A stretch of 63,957 nt of DNA, the filler included, from Trypethelium eluteriae (taxonomy: Eukaryota), in assembly GCA_051942245.1 (NCBI GenBank). It is 3 parts of 3 records of this genome, joined end to end, with 100 filler letters (N's around TTAATTAATTAA, not from the genome) between each part and the next. Parts side by side here need not be neighbours in the genome. Positions count along the whole stretch, not along the records: positions 1 to 23,268 come from JAVECL010000426.1; 2 more parts are not named here. One strand, given 5' to 3'. The notes beneath the pieces are model-generated. The model was not told the origin of the DNA and made no database searches. It saw nothing but the letters and a program-made list of their open reading frames with translations. This document shows positions 1 to 13,122 of this stretch, in pieces. A program made the position numbers and the translations under genes. Every line of letters begins with the position of its first letter. The first letter of the stretch is position 1.

Positions 1-3000
1 ACCACCCTTACCCCGCCCCCTACCTCGTCTAGTTGAGTCCTCATGACCACCTCCCTCCTCATCCTCGTCGTCGACAATGCCCTGTACCTTCCTACTTTCC
101 TTGTCCCACCATTCCTGGAATTCCTGCTCCTGTTGAATCTCTTGCAGGCTCCTTTTCGCCGTCGAAGCCTCGCGGATGGTGTCCTTCTCCGCTTGCTGTT
201 GTAGCACAATCTCCGCCATGCTGAGCCCAAGGGAAGGCTCAGCAGCTCTCGCTCCAGCAGACAATGGGTTTTGAAGATGTGTTATTGATCTGATAGAGGG
301 AGGTGGGGCAGACGGTGAGGATGACGCAGGGACAGATGCTGGCGTGGAGACTGTGCGTGAAGGGGGGGTTTTGGAGTTTTGCGGCGTGGCCGGAGACTTG
401 CTCATCAGCTTCTCAGGTGCTTGAGGAGACGAAACGCTTCGCTGCTGAGGGGTTTGCGGATGCGTAAGCTGATCGTTGGAGCTTTTCCGGCTGTTTGCTG
501 TCATTGCTGGATTTGCGACCGTTTGGCGCATCGTAAGTTGAGGTGCTGAGGGGTTGCGTTGGGCAGGAGGTGGACCAGGTCTCGATGGTGATACTTCTGC
601 TTCTTCTCCAATCACGTCCTTGAGAGCGATTTTGGGGCCTCTTGTTGCTATTTGCCATGGCGCAGAGCGTTTTGCTTCAGAAGGTAAAGGATCAGGAGAT
701 GCTGTTGGTAGTTCCGGTGATTGATGCGTCTGCCGCATCTTTTTTCGATCTTTTTGAGAGACCCTTGTCCCAGGCTGAGCCGCAGCTTTGTCCTGTGGTT
801 GTTGTTTGGATTGGAAGGAGAGGCCAAGGGAGATATTTGAGATACGGCTGGTAGATGCTTGGTCCATAATTTCCTTGAGGTCCAGTTTTGATGATGGCAG
901 CGGAGAAGCGCCCCAAGGTACGCCCTGTGCCTTCGAAGTTGAAGAGCTAACCGAAGCTGGCAATGTCTTTTGCAAGTTCGGCGATACGCTTGGAGACAGA
1001 CTAGAACTAGCGATATCTTGTGACGAAGATAGAAGTTTTCCCTTGGAATCGTACCACAAATCCTGATGAGGCTTCAGTAATGGAGTGGATATCTGATGAT
1101 TCTCGTTCAAAGGCGCCTTGCCCTTTCGGTCCGACCGGTCGTTGGCTGAGGCTTCGGGCAGCATGATTTCCTCTTCCATCTCGAAGAGCATGTCAGACGG
1201 GAGCACTTTGCCCTCAATCTCAGGACTGTCGGTTGATCGCACCCCTTTCGATGACTTCCGACGGGAGGAAGGAGTAAGCGAAGGCAGCTGTAACTCATCT
1301 GCACTCCCAGCTTTTACCGATCTCGACACCCGGCTATCACCTTCAAAGTATTTAGCTTGCATCATGATATTGTCAATTCGGGCCTGTTTGTCACGCTCAA
1401 CAGCCGACGGAAGATCAGGGACTCGCTCTAGGAGCTTTGCCAGAGCCATGTCGCCTCGGACATATTTTAGTGTCTGACACTGGTTCTCTTTTACTTTCTC
1501 GTCTAATTCATGCAACAGATCCGCGTCGAGCTCGTTGAGTAGGCTGATTACAAAGTCAGCCAACTGGTAGCTAGATTGCAAAGTTCAAAGCGTACGCATT
1601 CTCGAGCACTGCTTCAAGGCTCAAGGAAAGATACTCCAGCCCAGCGTCTTTGAATTGCGAAACGGCAGTGGGAGCTACGGCGTTGAGGAAAGAGGCAACG
1701 TTGCGAATGGTGACTGTAACCATTAGTTCGGCAATAATCAGGTACTTCATGATAATTTACCGTATCGTCCCAGAACCTTTTGACAGATTTGCGACAAACG
1801 ATCCAGCATAAGTTCGTTGGCGACACCCATGACATCTATGACAAGATCTAAAAAGGCGTCAAAGTCGTCAGAGACAATATCGTCAAAAAGCTCCTCATCC
1901 GTATCAGCATAAATATGCCGCAACACAAGAGTGAAAACATCAGATTCGATGTGTTTAAGATCGACAGCAACGGCCTCAGAGGCATCGTTAAGCGTGCGGC
2001 GACGGTCATCAAGCCATCTCCCACCAGCACGCCCGTTGAACAGACCTTCGAAAAAGGGACATCGCTGGCAAATCAGCGCACTCTGTACTCGGACTTCGGC
2101 ATCTTCCAATTGAACAATCACGTCCCCATCAGCCTCTAACAAGCCATCCCGAAAGGCACGTTCGAGATCCATGTTCAGAGACTGCCTAGGCTCAATCATT
2201 TGCCGGACCGCTGACTCCAGATGTGGCAGTTCAAGTTTCGACGCCAATTTCATTAATTCGGTGCGGATCTGCCTGTAACGAAAAGCAAGCTTTGGTGCCC
2301 GTCTAGTGTAATGCCAGAAGTCAACAACGGTATCTGTATAGAGATAGAGCACGAAGTCGACCAGGCTCAGGAAATCAATCCCCGTGAACTTGGCCAGCGC
2401 ATCGCCCGCTTTGTCATATTCGATCGAGAGAACATCAGGGATTGCGAAGAAGCCGGAATGGCGAAACTGAGCAAGACCATTACTGATGACTTTGCTCCTA
2501 CCGCAGAGCAAAAATGAATGAACAGGTATGCGGACATCAGAAGTCGTACATCCAAGCGTTATGTCATAAGTGCTCTTTGAATGATTCGCGCTTTGCCGCG
2601 TGAGCTCCAGTATCTCTTTCTCCAAATCAGAGATCTCGAGAATACGCTGTCTGATTATGACCGTATCGGATGTTTTTCTTGACCCTCGCCAAAAACGTGG
2701 AGGAGGATTCTCGTCCTCAGAGTCTGATTCGGGGGCAGATTCGATCAGGGAGTAGAATGGCAGAAGCGGTAATAGGTCTTTCCAAAGCGTCTTGTCTTCG
2801 ACAACGATCGAGCTCCGCACGATGTCACAATCGCGTCTCACCGCTGAATACGCTCCATAGCCCGAAGCACGGACCGCGATCACCCTCGTGAGACTGGGTA
2901 TACGAGAGAATTTGTAGTCTTTGGGTTGGTATTCGCCTGTTCCCGAAGCACTGGCATCCTTGGCCTTGGCTCTTCTAATTCTTCGCCATGCGCTTCCCGC

Positions 3001-4902
3001 TTCTGTAGTAAGAATGATCGAGCCATCCTGGTCTACACTGACATCTTTTGCTCGCATGTATCCTTTCCGTGGCGACCAGATCTTATGTGGATGGGATAAT
3101 GCGCTCCGGATTTTGCTTGGATTTGTTGTAGACGTGTTCGAAACAGGTCCTTCAACATTGTTGGTGATCGAGACAGTGTAGATTTCTCCCGCACTGGAAA
3201 GGGCGCAGATGGTGTCGCCACCAGAAACGACCTTAACAACAGTTGGCTGAGTATCGTACCTAGTTGCAAGAAAGCTGTCTTTCAAAAAGTAATTCGAAAA
3301 TGCTCCAAGCGGAAAAGATAACTTCGCGTACCCGTAGTTAGCAAATACCCAAACGTCATGGTTATCCAATAAGCAGACAGTTGCACGATCAATTGCAGAT
3401 GCAGAGATTATCGGCGAAGAAAAAAGTGATGCTGCAACTTTACGTGGAATAATTTGCAAGGTTAGTGACCGTGCATCGGAATCTACAATCCCAAGCTGGC
3501 CTTCGTTTTTCCCAAACGTATAAAGGGAGGAGGCAGTAAATGCCACAGAGTGTATTCGAGATGCCGCAATACCAACTACGCCTTCCCTCTTAAGGGGTCC
3601 AAAAATTTGACGTGGAAGTGTTTGAATTGGGTCGTCATCTCTCCCTGGCGAGTTAGGGAGAGCGTAACCCAATTGCCCAAAGCCGTTGCTACCCCAGGAA
3701 AAGGTCTCTCCATCATCGGACAAGGCCAAAGTATGATGGTGACCAAGCGCGACCGCAGAGACTCTCTTATGTGCAAGAGCTCCACCTTCGATACATACGA
3801 AACCAAACTGAGTTATCTCTGATCCAGTACCCAAACGACCACCAGGACCATGTCCGCATACATACAGGTTGGACTCTGGATCCGTCGTGAGTACCGCAGT
3901 ATGTAGCTTTGACATTCGCACGTCTTGAATGACAACCGGTATACTTCGAATGACGGCTGGAAGTTCTGCTGCAGGCTTGGGAGGGAATGTTCCCGCTAGC
4001 AATGTCTCGCTGTACGCAGGATCGACGGTTGACCACCTCTTGGCCTCTTTCTTGATGCTCTCCTTGTAGAATCTCTGCAAAAGATGTAACGGTCTCCGCA
4101 GAGTGACTCGTTCTGGAAAATGACGGTCATCCTCGTCACCAAATCCAAGCGTAATATTCTTATTACTGCCAAAAGTAAAGACTTCATCTCCTTGCAAATT
4201 GAGTGCTAGAAGCAATGCCTGGCCACGACAAGCTTCGCCTTCCCCACCCTCATTATTCGTGTCCTCCTCACTTGACGAACTTGTTGCTCGATGCGCTCTG
4301 CTGGTTGTGGTTATCCGGTGATCCTGGACTGTTGCGCCTAGCACATCGAATGGACCGTGACCTTCTCTATCCTTGATTTTAATCAGAGTCTTCGAAGCAT
4401 TGCTGGCGCTGTGACCCAGTAAGTCGCCAGCTTCGCGATTGAGTATAGCAAGCGCAATCGAGATATTGCCAAAGTAGAACGCTCTGTGAAGCGCAGTCCA
4501 CCCGTTCTCTGAATCCTGAACGTACAAGTCGGTCAACGGATGCTGAAGAAGCGCGGTCGCAAAGTCGAGGCTTTGGTCGGAATCACCGGTGGCGGCATGA
4601 TGCAGCAAAGTCAAGCCATTCGCATCTTTCGAGTTAACATCTGCACGGGTCAGATTGATGACGCCCCCACTATTGTGTGATATATCTCCTCCAGATTTGC
4701 GCGTTCTTGCAGTTGCGACGGGCGTAGTGGCGAGATAGTTCACCGGACTGCCTATGATGGCTCCACTTTTGATGCTCTGCCCGCTACCATGGCCTTTCTG
4801 TGCATGCGCTCGATCGCGAACGTTGTAGCTGGCGGTTTCGAGTAAATGTCGAAAGCTATCGACATCATCTTGATAGAATGTCTTCCAGAGAAGGCTTCTC
4901 AT
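1..4902 (-). CDS. btb1: Ankyrin-repeat / RCC1-repeat / tandem BTB-POZ domain protein (Btb1/IBTK-like cullin-3 adaptor), 3' end apparently runs off the window
   Basis: The 1051-aa ORF 1747..4902 has ankyrin motifs (DANGLTLLHHA, DSENGWTALHRAFYFGN), RCC1 repeats (VFTFGSNKNITLG, FSWGSNGFGQLG, YTFGKNEGQLG) and two BTB segments (IPVHSFLLCGRS; VQSALICQRCPFFEGLF). Introns at 1714..1760 (GTAAAT..CAG) and 1544..1595 (GTACGC..CAG) extend it into a low-complexity C-terminus. Confidence 0.88.
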
Positions 4903-5786
4903 AAGCTAAAGCCGGGTGAATGTGCCAGAATCCCTCTGCGACTTCGGCAAAAGCACCTCGCAATGATCCTAGATGCACTGGATCAAAGCCTATTTAAAGG
5001 TGCTTAATGTGAAGCCCAGAAAGCTTCTGGAATAATGTAATGCAAGGGCGCTGCACGACGAAAGTGGTGGTGGGCGTGGCAAGCTCGTCGGATGGTTGTG
5101 TCGATGACGCGATCAGGGATTTGGTGGATCTAGGACAAGAGATCGAAGGTTCAATTTGGTACAATTCCACGAGATCTGCCCGACAGAAGTGATGAGACAG
5201 TATGAGACGATAAGTTGGACGGAGGGTAAACGGAGAGGTAAGCCAGAGCTTCACAGAGCAGGCGCAGATACCGGAAGCCGGGCTCGGTGGTGGGGTTAAA
5301 TAGAGTACCACCTTCCATGCGATATTTTGGGGCGAGCAGAGTAAGATAAAGCCGTCAGCCAACCGCAACACCCATGTGTTCGCGATGACTGCCGCGGAAT
5401 GGACAGCTTTACGCGGGTGAATGCAGGCGCGCTATGTATATGGCTTGCAGTTGATCTATTCCATTTTGTCTGGTCTGCGGCTCATTGCGGGGATCCTTGC
5501 GCCACTAATTCACTAAAGTTAATCTAGGATAAAGCCTAGAGCCAAAGTGATTTTACTATCTAACGACTAAGACAAATAGTATACTAGCAGTAGTTACAGA
5601 AAGACCTCGAGCACTCACCGATGGGATACCGTGACGAGAAGAATCGAACAAATAGAGCGAAGTGGGATGGATTTGGCTATAGATGAGCAAAGATCTTTAA
5701 AGTAGATTACGTATGTGAAATCGAAATAGCAAAGAATACTCCTTTGGAAATTCGTGCAAATGCAAGTCGATAGTCTTGAGGTGTCT

Positions 5787-7612
5787 TCATCTTGTCAGCC
5801 CAATGCGTCTCCAGCAAGACTCGGCATCCTCGCTAAGCTTCAAGAAATCGTCGTCGTTGATAAGATCGCAAATCATAGATTCCAGTGCCTCCATACGATC
5901 TTCTTCAGATTGAGAGGCGTACCTTGCAAGGCTATCCTTGTCCTCAGCGGTTAACGCTTCAGCGTGGACAGGGCCTTGATTGGTCTTGGATATGTCGCTC
6001 AATACCTGTCTTTCATTTCTGCGCATCTCATTGCTGGTAGATTCTTGAAGGGGAGCCCGGTTGCTAGAAAGCGTCGGAGTGTAAGCAGTATCTGAGACAT
6101 GTGTTGAGGATGTCGCCGGATTCGAGTCAGCCTGGTACGTGGATTGAATGATATTGTCACCAATATTAGGTACGTCGCGAACCGGTTGTATGCCTTTCGA
6201 GCGCCGACCGGCCCTGTTTCTGCTTTTGACACAAGGGGAAGAGGACTGTTTACCGTCGGGAAGGATCTTAGGCGTTGGCAAAGGCGGCAACTCCACCGCC
6301 GCGCTAGAGCTTCGACTTCCTGGGCCCTTTCCCGAGGAGCTAGTGTTTGGTCCATTCAATGAACTTTTGAATGGAAGTTCCCGACGAGGTGGGATTGATT
6401 TATTCAAATAATCCAAATAGTGCTCTAACGGAGCAGTAGCAGGTCTTCGGGATTGCTGCTCTTCCGTTTGGAAGTATTTTGAGGCATTCTCTTGCTCCTG
6501 CATTTGAGGAGTCGCATTCACGGTGGGAGTCTCGATTCGGCCGGCAGATTTGGATAGCCGTGGAGGAGGCATGTCGCTTGATTCTTTCGATATGTTTGTT
6601 ACATAAGCAAAATCTTGAGACGGAGACGCTATAGTCCTGGATGAGCCATGAGAATAATCGACTGATTTGATAGGCGATGAAGTTCTGGACATTGGCCGAA
6701 GCGAGCTATTTACCAAGGACATATCGAAGTGGCTGGCGGGAAAGGCTGAGGCATGTAAATGTGCCTGCAAACTCAGCGCCTGTATCTCAAGGACAAGAGT
6801 GCAATACATACCTGTGCCTGTGACCGGAACTCATGGTTCCGTGATTCCGACTGAAATTGGGGTATTGTGGATTGCGGCTGTTGACCTAGCAAGCTGCTCG
6901 AAGTAGATGGCCGGCTCATATCGGCGTGTGGCAAAGCACTTTGACGACTCTCTGAGACTCTCGAGTCTGAGTCACGTTTCCGGACCGAGTCCATAATTGG
7001 GCAGCCAGTACGTTTGAGATATTCCATCACTGTGTCAAAGTCGGAGACTGATCCAAATTTGAATTGATTTCGCCGAAGCTGAAGCTTGTCAAGATGGTGT
7101 TAAAGGGGGAATTGGGTCGTCTCTCACCTGGCCGTCTTCATTCCGATATTTGAACGCAATGTTGTAGGTTGATCTTCTGTATAGTGCATGTATTGGTAGC
7201 TGTTCGGTCAGGATCTGCACCATTTGTTGACTGGCATCGTCTCTGGCTTTCTGAGAGCGCTGTATGAGCCTTTCTAGCGGTACCAGTTCCTGCAGACGAT
7301 ATCAACTTCAACTCAATATTTTGAGAAATAGGGAAATGCGTGGGGGAAAAAAAAAAAAAAAAAGTCGTGCGTCCGGATCTGCTACATGCATACCACTACT
7401 TCAGAACCTTGGATCACCTTCATCGACTGGAGTTCTGTTGACAGAGTGATCGAAGTGGATAGAGAAGAGTCATCGAAAACCAGGTAAATATCATCGCGAC
7501 ATAGATGGGTCCACTGGCTGGCGCCGACTTCATTTTGCCCTACCGACCAAGAATATTTTACTACTGGAAGACTTATGATACCGCTTGAAGCCGAGACACG
7601 TTGCTGAGACAT
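5787..7612 (-). CDS. REC114: Probable REC114/Rec7/Asy1 meiotic double-strand-break factor (4 exons)
   Basis: Spliced model: ATG 7612, introns at about 7290..7393, 7079..7127 and 6765..6811 (the last acceptor is uncertain). N-terminal motifs are LPVVKYSW and LRRNQFKFGSVSDFDTVMEYLKRTGCP, followed by a long S/P-rich linker and the C-terminal helix LESMICDLINDDDFLKLSEDAESCWRRIG. This matches the REC114 architecture. Confidence 0.65.
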
Positions 7613-8021
7613 TTTGAGGTCCCATATATGGACTTCATCGCATATTTTCAGCGTCCAGGTCGGCCAGCTGCTTTTGCGAACGTGATATTGGCGCGCTGGT
7701 ACTCCGTGGAAGTCAGGAGGGTGGCACGAATGGGTGCTGCAGGTGCGAGCGGACGACAGGAATGAAACTGATGCGGAGGTGGGAAGTTTTGCCGAGCTCG
7801 GCTCCGGAACGGGAAAGAAAAGCGAACGCGCGCCTTACATCGCGACTTTGCGGATTGTTCGCCCATGGTGCCATGGTACGAGATGATCCCAAGCACGATG
7901 CTTAAGCAACTGCGAACCGAGTTCCGCTGTTAGTAGCTCAGTGTAATGTGCGCGCTGTCCTCTATCTTGGCGGGTGTGACTTGTATGTGCGCAGCCTCTG
8001 CGCGTCCAAGGCTTTCCCACT

Positions 8022-11000
8022 ATGGCTCCAGCACGCCCACGCGGTCCAGATATTGAACGCGGCGAGGAGTACGATGCGTTTATCGAAAAGCTAGAGGATT
8101 TCCATGAGAAGCGAGGGTGCGCGCACCATACTATTTGAGGTTGACGGGCACACCAATTCTGACCTGCTAGTATAGCACCACCTTTGACCGCGAACCCAAG
8201 ATCGGCAGCCGTCAGCTGGATCTTTATCGATTGTACCAAAGAGTGATTGAAGAAGGAGGTTACGATGTGGTATCGGATACAAAGGGAAACAAGCTGGCAT
8301 GGAGGAAAATCGCTCAAGAGTTCTTTCCTGGACTGCCGAACCTGCCAACCTTGGTTTTCACGGTCAAGACCGCATACTACAAAAACCTAGCGTTCGTTAT
8401 CCCGCCAAAGCGCAGCCGCGACATTTTGCTGATCGTCGCAGTGCCTTCGAAATTGCCGACCATTGGGAAGAAGAGCCCCCACCGAAGGAGATTTTGGAGG
8501 ACGTTACTGCGAAAGGTGGTGACCTCCGAAACCGCACCTTGGAAAACTACAGTCGGCCGATGAAGCACGATATGGAGACGAATGGGCAGGATGGCGAGCA
8601 GTCGGAAGAAGAGAAGACGCCAAAACAAGAGGAAAAGGCTGAAACGGAAGAACCTGGGAGTACAGGGAGGGCAACACGAAGTCAGTAATTATGGTCGTGA
8701 CTTTTTTTTGTGTGACTGAAGAGTCGACCTAATACCACCCACTTCTAGGTCTTCGCCAAGCGCCACCACAACGTGTCCTCTTCCAACCTGATCTTGGCTC
8801 CACAAGACAGACTCGAAACTCATCCAACCAAGTGAATTCTCCAAGTCCTGCGTTGAACCTATACGGCATGACCAACGGCGTCCAAACAAATGGAGCTTCC
8901 ATGACTCTCGCTAATTATGAACCTCGACCTCAATTGCCGCTGACTCTCAAACCGGTGACGACACCTGCAAATAATCCAGAACATTTCAGCCAAAAGCGTA
9001 GTAGGGCTAAAGACGATGTCGCTGGCAGAGCGTCTCAGAAGCACAAGGGGATGATGCTTCCGGGAACTGGATTCACCGGCCCAAATATATACATTCGTGC
9101 TCTGCTCGCCCTCGAGTCACATATAGCAGGGGAAGAAAGCTATGCACTGCACCATCTGGTGAAGATCTCTCATGAGCGGGGAGATAAGTACCGCTTTGAT
9201 CAGTTTCCAGGTCTTGCTGAAGCCCTAACTGCCAAGGTCTTGGAGGTCACCTCACTATTTTACGATGTCGAATGGGACATTTCGTATCGAGTGGCTGCCC
9301 CCGCGGACGAGAGCAGCACTCTTGATGGCCTCCAAGGGACCGCGGATGTCTTGCAGAAACTCGGCACCAAAATTCCTATTGACAATGACGACGAAGTTCA
9401 CACAGCTGATTTTCTGGCTGCATTGGGCCGTATCAATGAGGCTGGTCTGGTCATCCGTAACATGGTCATGCTAGAAGAAAATGCCGCGTATCTTGCAAAA
9501 ATCCCATCGATCCGTGACTTCATCACAATCGCCTTGAACATGCCGAAGCGGCCAGCTGTCGTCGAGCTCCAGCACTACGCGCTAGAAATTGCCGAGCAAC
9601 TCACCAAGTACTTTGCCGTCACGCCACACGATCCTTTGTACACCTCTCTTCTAGGTCTTCTTGAAACGACGGATAGGGGTGCTATTATCACTTCATTGCG
9701 TGCAATCGGCCGGATATCAATGAATTTGGATGAGAACTATAGGCTCCGAGACGTACCGGTTCCCATCATTCGCCGAATATGCGAGTGGCTCATGATCGAT
9801 GACGAGGAATTGCGCAATGCATGCCTCGACTTTCTTTACCAATACACAGCGCTCATAGACAATGTCGAAACCCTAATTCAGAACGTCAGCGTCGAGGGTG
9901 TTGTCAAGCAATTGGTGCGACTGCTAATGCACAGCGCCAATCTTGAGGAACGTCGAGAAAAGTCAAGGCATCATTCCTCTGTCAAAGAGCCAACAAACTC
10001 TGAGAACATCCCAAAACTATCTCAAGATCTTATCGAACAGCTACTCAAGTTTGAGGAGCCAGAAAGGAGCTCACACTGGTAAGTAAACCTCGAGGATTTG
10101 AGACACAAATACCAATGCTCACCTATCAACAGGCTGCGAGCATGCTTCGAAGACGATCCTGTTGGCGAAATGACTCAAATTGCGCTGTGGCACGCCTATC
10201 AGTCGTGCTTTGGTTCTCACGCTCAATACCACTCTCCTTTACTCATTGCGGGTGACTTCATCAAAAATGTCTCTTCTACCTTCCTTGGTGCGAGTGCTCA
10301 AGTGGCCAACTCCGGCCAGAAATACATCATCAAAGGAATCAGACCTCGAAGCTCGCCAGTCGATCCTAAGGGACGAATCTATTCGCGGTGCCAATGGCGC
10401 ATTGCTCCCTCACCATCTGCGCCACTCGTGGCAAGGTCAAAATCGGGCTTAGACGAGGCCCAATGCGAAGAATTCGCGCGGGATCCAGAAATGATGTGGC
10501 GCCATGTCATCAACGACCATCTGAAGGTTCCGCGCAAAGACAACACTTACGACCTCAGCATTCGGCAAGATCGCAAATACACGTGTAAATGGGGTGGCTG
10601 CACGCACTTTCCCAAGAGCACCAAAAACGCTTTCGAGGTCGGCATGCACATCAAGACCCACCTGTCCGACTCCTCGAGGCAGGCATCTCAGCGTCCCAAA
10701 TCCAACCGCTTTACGACAAACGAGCCAGAAACCCCGTCTCACAAGCGCGACAACACTGTGCCGAAAACTTGGCTGAACACGCAGACGGATGAGCGTAACG
10801 ATGCTGCGGGATTGCCGCTTACAGCCAGCCTTGTTCTGCGGAATCTGGCACGACTGCTACCCAAAGTGGACGTGCCCGTGCCGGGCTCACAGAACAGTAA
10901 ACCTGAGGAGGGCGAGTGGGTGAGGGTGGTGTTCTCGCCGGTCAAGGAGCAGCTTTACTTTGTAGCAGCATTCAACTGGAATTTGCGGGATTACATTTCA

Positions 11001-11036
11001 TCTCTGACCCAAGCGATCGCAGCTGCTGGCGCTTGA
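8022..11036 (+). CDS. RSC9: Chromatin structure-remodeling complex subunit Rsc9 (ARID + armadillo-like + RFX-like + C2H2)
   Basis: ATG 8022 gives MAPARPRGPDIERGEEYDAFIEKLEDFHEKRG. It has an ARID motif (REPKIGSRQLDLYRLYQRVIEEGGYD..W), the conserved stretch GPNIYIRALLAL..YALHHLVKISHERGDKY, WLRACFEDD..QIALWHAYQ and Zn-finger-like C/H motifs. There are four short introns. Confidence 0.9.
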
Positions 11037-11736
11037 AAAAAAGGTTCGGCAGAGACTTTGCTTGGCGTTCTCTGGGATTGACAAGAGGGAAAGTTTGCTA
11101 AGCATGGCGTTTCAAAGGAAGTGATGGCAAATCACTGGAACTGGGCTGGGTCTGACGAGAATTCGATCGGATAGGAATTGCGTGTAAGAGCTGAGGCTAG
11201 ATTTCTTCATTCCCTGGCTTGATTATTACCATCTAGCACTGAATATCTCAATCACATTATAGTGACAAGTGACAGACGGTTCCGCCTAGATCAGAGGCGT
11301 TGTGAGACGACAGAAGATTTCGTGGGGCTTGCTTAGCGCTCTCGCATTTCTTCGGCTCCCCAACCACTTCCTAAATACCCTTCAGGCCGATGATGATTTC
11401 ACCTTTGCCAATCATTAGCAACTTCATTCGAGCATAGCATTTGGCTATTGGAGAACCGCTCGTTTCATTCGTACTTAGCCTTCTGTTCTTTCTTCCGAGC
11501 GGCTCGGAACATGCGGAGCTTGAGACTGGAATCACTTGCGCAGGTCCCCTTAAGGTTCCTTGGTACGGAGTTTGGGGGGCATATGAAGAGTGCCAGCATC
11601 ATTTAAGATGAGTAGAAAGATTCAATTTCTCTAGTGAATACGAGCATTCGAATATTCTTTTCAGCAAGGCAATTCCATATTTTCTTTCGTGTAGAAATCG
11701 TGCATAGATCATCTTTTCCCTTTCGTACTGTCCACA

Positions 11737-12162
11737 ATGTCAACCACCTCCGTCAAGACCAAAATCCCAGCCGGCCTTTCGACCCAACAAGTCATTGCCA
11801 CGCTCCACAACCACGAGCTCATGATCAAAGCGCTCTGTCCCGCCCTCGTCTCTCATGAGCTTGAGTCGGGCGACCCGTCTACCGAGGCTGTATACTCGGT
11901 CACGGATAAGAAGCCTATCGGACAAACCACCTACAAGCTTACACTCACCAATGTTGATGACGGCGTCAATTCTCTTGTCAACGCCAAACCTCCCGTCGGT
12001 ACCTTGACAATTGCCGGGAAGTGGAGGATAGCGGGCGATATGCTTACCGAGGATGTGGACATCGATGGGAACTTTATGATGAAAAAGATGGCAAAGGGCA
12101 ATGTGGATAGCACGCATCCGAAGCAGCATGAGCTACTTCTTCAGGAGGCTCAGAAAGCATGA
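11737..12162 (+). CDS. Small conserved fungal hypothetical protein, SRPBCC/START-like (DUF7053-type)
   Basis: 141-aa single-exon ORF with CACAATG start context and coding-like codon use. The motifs IP..LS.QQVIATLHNHELMI and L.EDVDI.GNFMMK..H..L resemble a fungal family I recall as DUF7053. Confidence 0.7.
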   Translation: MSTTSVKTKIPAGLSTQQVIATLHNHELMIKALCPALVSHELESGDPSTEAVYSVTDKKPIGQTTYKLTLTNVDDGVNSLVNAKPPVGTLTIAGKWRIAGDMLTEDVDIDGNFMMKKMAKGNVDSTHPKQHELLLQEAQKA

Positions 12163-12453
12163 ACGCCTTTCCGCTGTCGACTTGTATTCAAGAGTATGGA
12201 AAGCCGGCGATGTGTGATCTGGGCAAATGTGGATGTGAAGACCTGTTTGGTCTGCCTTGCCTTATTTCAAGTTGCAAATGTTACATCAAATTAGTATGCG
12301 ATTTTGCTATCGACCTCTGGTCGCCATTTTCCATGAAAGGCTACAGAACACATTATGAATACGTCGACTTATTACCACGCCCAATCTGATTGCACTCATG
12401 CAATCGCATCTTGACCGCCTAAAATGAATGCGAGACGCCAACGCTTCCGCCCT

Positions 12454-13122
12454 TCAATTCGTAATGACAGGCGTTTGACCGTTCCACCGACTCTTCTGAG
12501 CCGCATCCACCAGAAACCTCGCCACGCTCGCCCGCGTAATCTTCGCCAACATAGGTACTCCTCTCCCCTGATCTCCCCAATCTTTCACCGGCTTGGCCTC
12601 CCCTCCCGCCAACATGCTCGGCCTCACAAGCACGAAGTCCAACCCGCTTGTCTTCGTCTCCTTATCCACCGCATCGTGATCATTGTACTGATGCACCATA
12701 TTCGTCTTCCGCAAGACCAGCCGCATCAGCCAATTGATCGCAGGCAAGGAATCCGCAGTGCCGTACGCGCTCATGACGACCAGTTTGCGGACGCCGTGCT
12801 GATGCATTGCGGCTCGAATTCTCGTATTGCAGTCTGCCATGAATCGCGGCGGAGAAATGGGCTTGGCGAAGGGGTTGTCGCTCTTGCGGCGGGCATTGAG
12901 GGTGACGATGACGGCGCTCGGGATGCCGTTGGGGATCGCGGTGAACGCTTTCTCGAGGTCGCTGGTGGACGTGGGCGTTCCTTGGACGACGGTCAGACCT
13001 AGCCGCTCGCCGAACGCAGTCGGGTCGCGAACAAGTGCGATCACGCTTTGCCTTCGTTCGAGGATTTGGTTGATGACGAGCCTGCCTGTTCGGCCACTTC
13101 CGCCAATTACGAGAAAGTGCAT
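12454..13122 (-). CDS. NAD(P)H-binding flavin reductase / BLVRB-like oxidoreductase (NAD_binding_10)
   Basis: 222 aa. N-terminal Rossmann motif LVIGGSGRTG..V..AL, plus GLDFVLVRPSML and ITRASVARFLV motifs typical of this family. Confidence 0.88.
   Translation of the reverse strand: MHFLVIGGSGRTGRLVINQILERRQSVIALVRDPTAFGERLGLTVVQGTPTSTSDLEKAFTAIPNGIPSAVIVTLNARRKSDNPFAKPISPPRFMADCNTRIRAAMHQHGVRKLVVMSAYGTADSLPAINWLMRLVLRKTNMVHQYNDHDAVDKETKTSGLDFVLVRPSMLAGGEAKPVKDWGDQGRGVPMLAKITRASVARFLVDAAQKSRWNGQTPVITN

Noticed and set aside
5500..5720. AT/TpA-rich patch suggestive of a RIP-mutated repeat
   Set aside because: It is short, has no terminal repeats or transposase remnants, and is compatible with the 3' end region of the REC114-like gene.
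11388..11530. ATGATGA box C-like motif (possible C/D snoRNA)
   Set aside because: No matching CTGA box D with a terminal stem at a suitable distance.
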